Assembly: GCF_018350175.1 (NCBI RefSeq)
Contig: NC_058368.1
Coordinates: forward strand, 150,786,001-150,850,000
Direction of reading: 5' to 3'
Length of the DNA: 64,000 nucleotides
Source of the DNA: Felis catus
Lineage: Eukaryota
The position numbers and the translations under genes were made by a program. The notes under the pieces were generated by a model, which worked only from the letters and a program-made list of their open reading frames with translations, was not told the origin of the DNA and ran no database searches. This document shows positions 52,001 through 62,482 of the stretch, in pieces (position 1 is the first letter of the stretch; each line of letters starts with the position of its first letter).

Positions 52001-52229
52001 AGTGCATGTACAGGTGTAAGTATTGGGAATTTTAGGATTTCTAGTAAGGCCAGATTGTCATTTGACTCAGTGTTCTTTTTTTAATCAAGCCAAAAATTAT
52101 TAGATTTTCATATTGTTTTTCCCTCTCTGGGGACAATTTATAATTTGGGAGACTATCCCTTTGGATCATGCCAGAGGTTTGGCTATAGGCCCCCCTGAGA
52201 GAAGCATTTCTGGTGGAAATATCAGCAGA

Positions 52230-52620
52230 GTAGACCATTTTGGCCCCCAGAGAGTCAAGTCTGGAATGCCCAGAAAGCTTAATAGCCAGAACAGCTGGCC
52301 AAAGTATAACATCTCACAAATTTTGAACATAGGAGCCATTCTGAAGGTAATGGACACCTTTTTCATTGGAGGTAAGAACACCTCATTGTTTCCATAATAT
52401 TCCAAGACGCATGCCAACTATCAGTATAAATGTTTGCGTTTTTTCCCTTGGCTAAACTATGAGCCTGAGTAAGAGCATGTAACTCAGCCTGTTAGGCTGA
52501 AGTAGCCAGTGCTGGCAATCAGTACTGCCTCAACAACTTTACACGGAGTTGCAAAAGCACATCCAGCATGATATTTACTATTTTCATCCTTTAAATAAGA
52601 ACCATCAGGAAGCCATGAAA
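52230..52620 (-). pseudogene. pol: RNase H remnant
   Basis: WLPDGSYLK (cf. TDGS) and QAELHALTQAHSLAKGKNANIYTDS motifs. Confidence 0.85.
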
Positions 52621-52694
52621 AATGTGCATTGGCAATGAGTTTCCTATAAATTGAGTCAAAAGTAATCTGTCAGTTTTAAACAATGATGAGGGGT

Positions 52695-53400
52695 TTCATG
52701 TGGGTCCAAATGTAGCCCTTATTCCAAGATCAGATGCCCTAAGTATCGAACCTGAGCTTGAGCTAACTGCACTCTTTCTTTGGAGACTTTCTGTTCCTTT
52801 AAAGTCAAAAGTTTTAACAAGTGGATGCTCTCTTCTTGTGAAGAGGTTTGAGGAGGAGAGCAGAGAAGCAAATTATCTGTGTATTCTAACAAAGCAAAAC
52901 CTGAAGATAACTTTGTAACATCCAAATCAGGTTTTAAGGTTTGTGAAAAGAAGGACTCTCTGTAAAACCTTGGGGAATTACTTACTGTCCAGGTATATTT
53001 CTGGTCTTGTCAAGTGTGAAGGCAAAAAGATAATGGTTATTGTTATCAAGTGGAACAGGAAAAATCCACTGCATAGATCAATTACAGTAAAAAATTTGCT
53101 TTCAGTGGAAACGGGTGTTAGTAGCATATGGGGGGTTAGGAGTATCAGGGTGCCAAAGGATAACAGTGCTATTCATTGCCACAAATACTGGACAAACCTT
53201 CATCCTCAGCCACTGGATTTTCTCACGGGTGAAATAGGGGCGGTACAGGGACTAGTGTGGGCATTAATGAGGCCCTAAGTCTTGTAATTTTCTATTATGC
53301 CCTCAAGAGCTTTTATAGGACATTGATTAATTATAGGAAGAGTTTTGAGAGATCTATTTGATTCTTGATGGGACATGCACTGAGGATTCTACCAATATCA
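52695..53400 (-). pseudogene. pol: Reverse transcriptase remnant
   Basis: SPCTAPISPVRK..RFVQ, FFTVIDLCSGFF, LLEYTDNLLLCS (degenerate YxDD), KVSKERVQLAQAQVRYLGHLI. Confidence 0.9.
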
Positions 53401-53665
53401 ATTAGGATTTTGCGTATGAAGAGTATGGTAAGTGATCCAAGAGGAAAAACTGATCAGTGTCCCCAGACTCCACTATAGTGCCATCAGACACAGAATGAGT
53501 GAAACATGTCAAATGGTCATTTAATTCCCCTAGTTGGCTATTTTGATTACTGTTGTCAAATTCTAGAATTATTTCCCCCTTCTGGAAGAAAGTGTGGCAT
53601 GATACATTTCTAAGAAATCTTGGTCCAATAAATGAATAGGGGTGGAGTAATCAAGAAGAAAAAGG

Positions 53666-53842
53666 GCAGCTCAGTTAAGCGTCCGACTTCAGCTCAGGTC
53701 ATGATCTCATGGTTTGTGGGTTTGAACCCTGCATTGGGCTCTGTGCAGGCAGCTCTGTGCTGGCCTGCTTCAGATTCTGTGTGTTGCTCTCTGTCCCTCC
53801 CCTACTCATGCTGTCTCTCAAAAATAATAAACATTTTTTAAA
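53666..53842 (+). mobile_element. Can-SINE nested in ERV (5' shortened)
   Basis: gctcagttaagcgtccgacttcagctcaggtcatgatctc...aataaacatt. Confidence 0.9.
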
Positions 53843-53892
53843 AATCCTAGCCCAGTAAGTGAACAGGGATGGAGTAATTAAGAAGAAAAGGA

Positions 53893-54090
53893 GAATACGT
53901 GAGCAGCTCAGGGGGTTAAGCATCTGACTCTTGGTTTCAGCTCAGGTCATGATAGCACACTATGTGGGATTGAGCCCCTAGCCCATGCTGATGGCATGGA
54001 GCCTACTCAGGATTCTCTTTCTGCCCCTTCTGTGCTTGTGCTTTCTTTCTTTCTCTCTCCCTCTCTCTCTCAAAGTAAATAAACTTAAAA
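53893..54090 (+). mobile_element. Can-SINE (Fc3-like) nested in ERV
   Basis: ggttaagcatctgactcttggtttcagctcagg; TSD taattaagaagaaaagg/taattaaggagaaaagg. Confidence 0.88.
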
Positions 54091-54342
54091 TAATTAAGGA
54101 GAAAAGGGGTGAGTAGCTCTCAAAGGGCCTAGACTAAAGGAAATAGGTTCAGAGACAAGAACCTGTTGAGGTTTATTAGAGACCCCTACTTTTTGAAGTG
54201 TTTTAGGACTCTGAGGCAGGGGCTGCTTTATAGCAATGGGGCTAAGCACCCAGAATATCGCTTCATCGTCAATTCAGACAAGAGAGAAGTTAATTCCCCA
54301 TCTGGAGGGTGCTTTCTCTACACTGATGAAGAGGGAGAATTG

Positions 54343-54573
54343 GGAGGCGCCTAGGTGGCTCAGTCAGCTAAGTGTGTGACTCTATCTTGGCTCAGGACAC
54401 TATCTCACAGTTGGTGAGATTGAGCTCCACATTGGGCTCCGTGCTGACAGCGCAGGGCCTGCTTGGGATTCTCTCTCTCTCCCTCTCTCTCCCACTCTCT
54501 CTCTACCCCTCCCTTGCGTGCCCTCATTCACTCTCTCTCAAAAGTAAATAAACTTAAAAAAAAAAAAAAAAAA
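54343..54573 (+). mobile_element. Can-SINE nested in ERV
   Basis: Head, CT tract, A run; TSD-like ggagaattggga/ggaaaattggga. Confidence 0.92.
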
Positions 54574-54691
54574 GGAAAATTGGGAATAGCCCCTGTTGTT
54601 CCTCGTAGCCCTGTCAATGGGAATCAGAACATTAGAAAAATTGGCTAGAGAGTTGATGGTGCCGGAGGTGCTTAAATTTGCAAGAATCTTT

Positions 54692-54902
54692 TTAATTTTT
54701 TTTAACGTTTATTTATTTTTGAGACAGAGAGAGACAGAGCATGAATGGGGGAGGGTCAGAGAGAGGGAGACACAGAATCCGAAACAGGCTCCAGGCTCTG
54801 AGCGGTCTGCATAGAGCCCAACGCGGGGCTCGAACTCAGACCGCGAGATCACGACCTGAGCTGAGGTCGGAGGCTTCACTGACTGAGCCACCCAGGTGCC
54901 CC
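54692..54902 (-). mobile_element. Can-SINE nested in ERV
   Basis: Reverse SINEC; TSD aagaatcttttt. Confidence 0.94.
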
Positions 54903-54959
54903 AAGAATCTTTTTTATTTAATGCCGTCTTTGTAATAATACCTGAAACCAGAAGGTTTG

Positions 54960-56235
54960 GGTTTTGTTTAGAGACCTTCATTTGTTGGAGTTGAAAATTG
55001 AGAACTTCAGCAGTCTTTCTTTTAGGTGACTCATTTAGCACGCTAGCAAGCTGGTTTACCACATTAACCCCCATTCCATCCTGGTTATTTTATCTTATTA
55101 TTTTTTTTTTTTTTCCATCCTAGTCCTTTTAATTAAAAGAGAAAACTCTTGGTTTGGCCCATTAATAAACACAGAGTTAAATGCTACCCAGGTGGATTCG
55201 ACATTAAAGACAGACCAGAATTTTTTAAAGACAATTTGGAGTCAATTCTAATCATCATGGGCAGATTCATTGGGCTTTTGTGTGCAAGTCTGAATTTTGT
55301 TCCAACCAACCAAAAGACTTAGGGAAAGCTACTGTAATGCGTGGTGGAGATTTCCAGCAAGGTTTCTAGTCTCTTGACAAAAGCAAGGGGTCTGTTTCTC
55401 TAAATTCCTTTGAGGATGCTCCCATTGGGCTAATTTCATCCAATGTTCGTCCTGGCCCACACCAATAAGCACGACGACTAATTGATATAAATCTGAGAAA
55501 CCAGCTTAATAAGCTTGAATAACTATGTTAAATTCTTCAGCAAGATCATGGGGGTCCTCAGCCACTTTAAGAAACTTTTTAACTATGGTTTGCAATTTGT
55601 CCTTAGTCCAGGGAACATAAGAAACTTGGGTTTTATTAAGACTCTCAGAACACTTAACTTTAAAGGAGTGGTTTTAATAGGTTCAGGAGCAGAGAGTGTA
55701 AAGGGAGTTTCAGAGTAAAAGGGAAATTTGACAAAAGCATTAGAATGGGGGCCTGGTGGGTACGGAGGAGATGGGGGGAAAGCAGAGAGAAGAGAAAAAG
55801 ATGGCACCAAAGGTGGGGCCTGAGCACAAGGTGGCTGCCAGTGTCTGCAGATAAAGAAGATGGGGGAGGGGGGGACGGAGACCTCAGAAGCCATTGTGAC
55901 TTCTTTCGATTGTTTGCCTCAGTTCCTTTAGAAACACCATTTTGCAAAAAGGCAAACGTAGAATCCAAAAAACATCTGGAAGCTTCAAAGTACCATTTAA
56001 AATAGGCATCCCATTCAGGTTTTTTGTTTTGAAGCTGCAGCTTCCAAGTTAATTTCGAGCAAAACAAGTTTGGAGAGATTGAAAATTCCCCACGATGGCC
56101 AATGAAGTTCTCCAGTACTTTTGGTTAAGTCAGTCCACTTAGTTTTCATTGTGCATGTGGAGGGACCATATCTTTTAAACATAAAACAGTGGAGAGGGGT
56201 GCCCTCAAATCATTTTGACTTATTAGCGGTTTTTC
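54960..56235 (-). pseudogene. gag: Retroviral gag remnant
   Basis: Matrix-like FKRYGPST..KWTDLTK and KKPEWDAYFKWYFEAS; proline-rich PPSPPYPP (PPxY-like) linker; capsid-like VAEDPHDLAEEFNIVIQAY*AGFSDLYQLV. Confidence 0.8.
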
Positions 56236-56485
56236 TCTAGACCAAAAGGAAACACTAAGAACACAGTTTCTACAGGAACAGCCTGGTTCCAAAAGGAATC
56301 AGACCGAAGTCCAGCATAGTTCCAGAAGGAACAGTCCAGCTCTGAAAAGGAGTCAGACAGAAAGCCAGTTGAGTACTCTTACAGATTAAAAGAAAAAAAA
56401 AAAAAAAGAAGAAGGTTTTAAAACCAACACCGAATAAAGTCTGGAGAGCTCAGACATAAAGCATGAAACTCAAAATCCAGGAGAA

Positions 56486-56495
56486 AACTTACCGT
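56486..56495 (-). promoter_or_regulatory. Proviral major splice donor candidate
   Basis: Minus strand agacg|gtaagt about 110 nt downstream of the PBS. Confidence 0.55.
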
Positions 56496-56597
56496 CTAAC
56501 CCCCAAGGCCAGAAAGAAGGCAGTGAGTCCCATCAGCTCTGTGGGTAGCAGCACCTGTTTACTCACTAGCCCCGAATCTTTTGGGGCTTTTCTCTGC

Positions 56598-56618
56598 ATC
56601 CTACCTCTGATCGCTAAG
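56598..56618 (-). promoter_or_regulatory. Degenerate primer-binding site, tRNA-Leu-like
   Basis: Minus strand tagcgatcagaggtaggat right after the LTR resembles tggtgtcagaagtgggat, the complement of a tRNA-Leu 3' end. Confidence 0.5.
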
Positions 56619-56621
56619 TAA

Positions 56622-57026
56622 TGTTAACTTTAAAAATAAAACTGCCAGTTATTTTACCGGCTTCTACAAGAGCAACAGAGAATAAAGATCCAGGAAAAGC
56701 AAACTACACCAGAGCATAAAAGAGGAACACTCTTTCACAGGGGAACGGGGGAGTTAGGCAGGACAATTATAAGCAAAAAGTCCATTGGAGTAAGCTGGGA
56801 GTTCTAAGTATAGTGGCTTCTCATTGGTGGAGCTGTAACTGTCTCCCATTGGCTAGGCTGTTGCCAGGGGAGGAAGAAATCTTCCATCCTCAGCTGGGAT
56901 AGTAAAGTTGTGTCCACATGCAAGGTCCTTTCTCTTCTTGTTGGGTCTGCAATTGTGGCAGTGTGGTAGGGTGTGAGAGTTCCCCTTGCCTGCCTCCCAA
57001 CTCCATTCTAACTGAGATTTCCTTTT
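56622..57026 (-). repeat. 5' LTR (outer U3 end missing)
   Basis: Homologous to 49611-50037 including a 38-bp identical block; inner end ...gttaaca (minus); three CCAAT boxes and a TATAA-like motif on the minus strand. Confidence 0.88.
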
Positions 57027-57311
57027 GTAGTCCAAAATTTCCCCAAGTATATATTTTTTTAAGTTTCTTCCTTTTTTCTCTAGTACACAATACACAGAAA
57101 ATTCCAATTCTGCTAATCACTCATTTTCCCACTCAAACTGAAGAAACCTGTTTTGAAAAAAAAATTGCCTTACAAAGTTAAGCCTGGATTTATTCTTTTA
57201 AAGTGGACTCATTTCATTCTGGCAGCTTTGTTCCATTCTCAAAAATGTATTAAACAGTCCTGCATGGATGTTGTGTGAGAATAAACACAAAGTTTGTATA
57301 AAAGTGCTTAC

Positions 57312-57354
57312 CTGTCTTCAAAAATGGTTTCGGGTCTTCCTTCTTACTCTTTGC
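57312..57354 (-). other. Candidate small exon (alternative acceptor at 57374)
   Basis: Minus: ttttattgccag|gcaaagagtaagaaggaagacccg...gaagacag|gtaagc; strong donor and purine-rich enhancer-like body. Confidence 0.4.
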
Positions 57355-58013
57355 CTGGCAATAAAATCTAAAACCTGAAAGGATCCTCCCAGAAGCTTTT
57401 GAGAAACCAGAACTAAGGCAAGAATAGGTTTCATAGCACCTCCAGGACTTTGGGACTTGATTAAGTTTACTTAATCATTAGTTTTGTTTGTTCCTAATTA
57501 GCGTTATATTGTAAACTCGATTCTTCATTTCACAGAAACTTCTAATAATTGGCAGCTGTCAGTCAGGCAAGTCTGACACATGTTATTCTGAAAGTGTGAA
57601 GACACATATTCAAGCACACATTCTCTCTTGGGAATGAGTGTGCAGGTTAACAGAACACCATGTCTGTTGTTGTAAATTTCCTCTCATTCTCATAAATGTG
57701 ACATTTTATACAAAGATATTGTCTAAGTAAACTGAATTGTTATTTATGATCTATTAGCAATCCCACATGCCTTATCCAGAATGGATTTTTGCCCTTGTTT
57801 GGTCTAGATTCTATACTCTAGAATTTTCACGTATCTCATAGAGGTACATACTGTATGTTATTGTTCTGTGTATCCACACAACCTTATGGATTTGTAGTAA
57901 ATCCACATTCACATTTATATTATTGCAAAATATTTATTCAATTTCTAAATGTTTATTTTCATAAATTTTAAGCATATTTAATATGCACAGGCAATTAAAT
58001 CCTTTAATATCAT

Positions 58014-58936
58014 TTTCTAATAGACTAACTGTAATGAGTTTATTCTGCAGGAAAACAAATGGAAACATTATAAACTAGTTTAATTCTATTTATATTGCCT
58101 ATAAGGAAGATTTATTTGAAGTGAAAAGAAATTGCCTTTGGAAAATTGGTGAATGTGTTTCACTTTCAGTAGAATATCAGAAAGATAATAGTAATAGTTC
58201 TATGATGAGATCCTTTTTTTTCTTGGAGATTCATAAACTTCTTTAGTTGGATCCCTCTTTTTTCATAAATGGCATAGATCTGTAGAATATCATTGTTACT
58301 GTCACGTTCTATTAAATATATATTTTAATTTCCTTACAGCATAGCATCATAAATTGAATTGACAGACCAAACTGTCACTTATCCTGAGCACTCATTTGTG
58401 TGGTCCAGAAAAAGTAGCTCTCCACAAAGAAGACATATTTCATTATAACATTAGCTATTATAGAGTAAAAACAAAACTTTCAAATTTAAAATAAAAGACT
58501 GGTAGTATACGATTATCTTAGCCTATATCTAGATGTATTGACTATACTTATTTAGGACTTTTTTTTTAATTCATTGCCCAAACCTCAAGTTCTAACAATT
58601 TAATACATCTCTGCATTTTCAAGAGAGATTTAATATGTTGTTGAAAGAATGTGTCTTAGCAGAAAATATCATAACAATTTTTTCAAGAAATAAACTTTAC
58701 CTTTGTCTACCTGGTTGAATCGGTTTATGAAATTACTTACATGTAAAAATCAGTTCAGTCATTTATACTGTTCTCTCCCTCAATGTGCCCCATAGTTTTA
58801 GGATTCTAGACTTTCTAATACACTAACTGTAATGAGTTTATTCTACAGGAAAATAAATAGAAGCATTATAAACTAGTTTAATTCTATTTATATTGCCTAT
58901 AAGAAAGATATATTTGAAGCAAAAAGAAATTGCCTT
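58014..58936. repeat. Pair of ~125-bp direct repeats 798 bp apart (58014-58138, 58812-58936)
   Basis: Manual alignment gives 9 substitutions and no indels. Confidence 0.92.
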
Positions 58937-61900
58937 GGCAATCCAGAACTTTGATTCTTTAAGGAACCCGTGTTCCGGAAGCATAACGGCCTTGCATTCC
59001 TAGTAACGTTTGTCTGGTTAACAAGACTACTAGAATTTCCATTGGAAATGAATGAAACAAGAATAGTCCTAACTGCTGCACTGTTCTCTGTGTAACACGG
59101 ATGGTGGCCAAACTACCACTTTCGGTACTGTAGGATTCCAGCTGGTATTACTTTGTTTTGTATTGGAAAGAGGGCTTAGAGGAAACAAAGGTTCCAATAA
59201 TTATGGGAAAATATGAATAAAATAAAGGATTTCTCAGATCCACTTGAGTGGAAGAGGCCTTCCTGGTACATGAAGATGTCTATTATAGCTCAAAGAAGGA
59301 AAATATAGTAGGCAGTGTTTCCTAAACCTATTTAACAACAGAACCCGTCTATTGAAATACCTGTTAATGTCTCTCTGAATCAGGGCTTAACACACGGTAG
59401 ATTCTCAAAAAATGTTTGGATGAACATAAAAAGGAATGAAGGAATGAACAGAGTGAATTTGCAAAGTGTTAACAGACAAACATACTAAGTTAGGGAATTT
59501 TTCTAAAGTCAGAGAGCACTTCTAATTTCTAATTTTCAGGTGCCTGCAGCATCGATTATTTTCATATAACCTATGAACACAAAATAAATCTTTGCTGTCA
59601 TTATTGAAAAACAAAATGAAGAAATTTGATTTTTACCTGTATTTTTAAATGGCATACGAGGGGAACCCAACTGCCCTTTACACTTGTTCACTCACAAACT
59701 AGCTTTCCCAAGAATCTATACAGGTACCTTCATAGTTGCCATCGTCGAAAGTGAGTTGGGTTAATGATACAAAAAATGAAAGGGACAACTGCATCTAGAT
59801 AGTACATTATCTACAGCTAATATTTTAACTATCAAAAATAATAAAGAAACATATTCTCACAAACGGACTGCAGGAAGTATATGATATTCTGAAGCATTCT
59901 CATTGAGGCTCTTTTTGGTGGGAATAGGGAGAGATATCCTTGACTTCACGTCCATGTTTTCTCTTTTAACATCCCATGCCCCGGCTCTGAGAAGACCACG
60001 GAATGGACCCAAGTGGGTATTGCCCCGCCACCTCTGTCTCTCCAAAAAAATGCCCCAGAGCGCACAGGATTCATTACGGCCTTGGCAAAACACCAGCACA
60101 CACCAGCTGTGTGTGGGGCTGCTCAGCCTCCTGCCCAGTGGAGAGGAATAGAAGTCGTCAGTCTTCCTCTGCAGGTTTTCATTAACTCTCTGCTAATCTA
60201 GAGCATTAATTCTTGGACTTCTGGGAAAACAGAGTTGTTTAATCCCAAGATCTTAAAGACAAACATCTTTCTTTTCAAATCTACTTCTGGAATTTGTGAG
60301 CATTTGAAAGTAACATTCACAGCAGATTTGAAATATCCACTTTTTGTAAAGGACGAGTTAATGGTGTGAGTTCCATCTATTACCTGTGATCTGAATGCAC
60401 TAAATTAGAAGGAAAAATAGGGGGGCTGGCATGGGGGGCAGGGTGGGAATCTGTTACTTCAGTTAGATTTACAGGGAGTCCTTGTAAACAGGGTGCTAAA
60501 AAGTGTGTTGGATTTTTTTTAACCTTTTGTGACACACAACAGAGCTGTGAAATCAGTGAATTAAATAGTTCCAGTCCCCTGGGCACACATGAGCAATAGC
60601 ATAAAAATGGACAGCACCCATTATAACATTACTGTTATGGAGCAGATGGACAGCTTCGGTTTCAGCCTTTTGTCCTTACTTCAGAATGGGGCAGAACTGG
60701 GAAACGACTGTAAATTTTCTCAAAAGAGATGAATAGGAAAGCTGTTAACTTTTTTCTTATTAAAAAAAGAAACCTGGAAAAATTCCAAATTACACATTTT
60801 GCAGCTCTTTGACTGCAATTCTTTAGCTTTTGCTGCAAAACATCTGTAGGTGGTTAAGCATTTCCCACCCTCATTCCCCAAAATGGAATATCTCATTCCT
60901 GGCAAGACATCCAATGCCCGTGAAGACATATGTTTACCAAACCAGTTCACTGCCATATGTGTGCCACAGTTTCTTCAGAGCATGATGTGTGTGAGTTCAC
61001 TGGCTTAGCATAAGAGACTCCAGAAAGGAGAAACAAGCAGGAAACAGATTGAGAAAGAAGTAAAAGATGGGAGAGAGTAAGGGAGAGAAAGAAGAGAAAG
61101 GGGAAGGAAAAGAGAATTATTTTTCATTATGCTTTTAAAACTTAATTTCTATTGTAGTGAATGGTGATGAGAACATTTTTCAGTCGTATCAGAGTAGTTT
61201 TTCTACTACTGGGTAATTTCTGAAGATATCGAGTGTCAAAATAACAAGGGTACTAAATAGATAAACCTTTAGACTTGGGGTATTTTGTATCTGGTCATCT
61301 TCAAGTTTATTTCTATGATGATAAAATTTCTATGATAAAATTATCAAATGAAACATTAATAACCATTTGAACTTAAATTTTAATTTTGGACTTAGAAAAA
61401 GTTAGCATATTTTGAAAAAGTCCAAAATAGAACCTCAAATACAATATAATCTTGTTAGACCCAGTGAGTAATTCTAACCATCAAAGGGGGTGGTTATTTA
61501 CATAGTATTTAGATTCACTGAGATAACTTTAAATTTTAAGATAATTCTGTAGAATAATAAGCTTACCCTTTCAACAAGCAAAAACAAAAACCAGGTGGAA
61601 AGAAGAAAATGTGTACTTTATTTTTCAAAAGTTTCTGTTATGCATATTCATTAAAATATTCTAATAAAAACCTAATATATCAATAGTGCAAACTGTTGGT
61701 AGTAAAGAACTTCTAAATGTTAAGACACAAATACATCGATAGTCCCCTGGAGTAGAACACACTTTCATTTAAAAGAATTTTACATTAGAGAAATAATTTG
61801 GAGCATTCAAAAAAGACAAAAGTATACAAGTCTGGATACAAAATTGATATTGCTAATTATTCAGTCTTGACACAGGCAAATCACATTATCTGTATTATAA

Positions 61901-62095
61901 AAAATCTAAGAGAATTTGCAAAGTTTTATCTATTCTAATTTTTCTACCATTTGGTACTATTATGGTCAATGGGTAGACAGAAGTAGAGGCTTGAAATAAT
62001 AGAAATGTGTCACCACAAGCAACTGTTACGTGTTCCCATAAAGTTTAACTTTCAAAAAGCTTTTGCTATTTTATAAGACTTAGCTTCTTACTTTG

Positions 62096-62302
62096 TTTAA
62101 AAAAAATGTAATGTTTATTTTTGAGAGAGAGAGAGACACAGAGAGAGAGACAGAGGGCAAGTGGGGAAGGAGCAGAGTGAGAGGGGGACACAGAAACTGA
62201 AACAGGCTCCAGGTTCTGAGCTGTCACAACGAAGCCCGACGCGGGGCTTGAACCCATGAACCGCGAGATCATGACCTGAGCCAAAGTTGGACAGTCAACA
62301 GA
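62096..62302 (-). mobile_element. Can-SINE
   Basis: Reverse SINEC; TSD ttagcttcttacttt. Confidence 0.95.
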
Positions 62303-62366
62303 CATAGCCACTCAGGTGCCCCTTAGCTTCTTACTTTTAATCTCATATTGCAGTTGGGGAAAAAAG

Positions 62367-62389
62367 GAAAAAGAAAGAGAAGAAAGAAA

Positions 62390-62457
<68 letters not shown>

Positions 62458-62482
62458 AGAAAGAAAGGAGGGAGGAAGGAAA
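62367..62482. repeat. (GAAA)n tetranucleotide microsatellite in purine tract
   Basis: About 16 perfect GAAA units plus degenerate flanks. Confidence 0.97.

Larger units (their letters stand above)
53500..54340 (-). pseudogene. pro: Retroviral protease region, split by two SINEs
   Basis: PFLL..TPIHLLDQDFLE (cf. P.xLLGRD.L) at ~53605-53665. Confidence 0.6.
49611..57026 (-). mobile_element. Decayed class I (gamma-like/ERV1) endogenous retrovirus provirus
   Basis: Paired LTRs, PBS, splice donor, gag-pro-pol remnants in correct order on the minus strand, PPT; many stops and frameshifts. Confidence 0.92.

Noticed and set aside
49801..56840. Identical LTR blocks offset by exactly 7000 bp
   Set aside because: Numerical coincidence; the offset shifts elsewhere in the LTRs because of indels.
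60020..60040. CTCF-like motif (aggtggcgg on minus)
   Set aside because: Only the 3' half fits; the CCASY half is missing.
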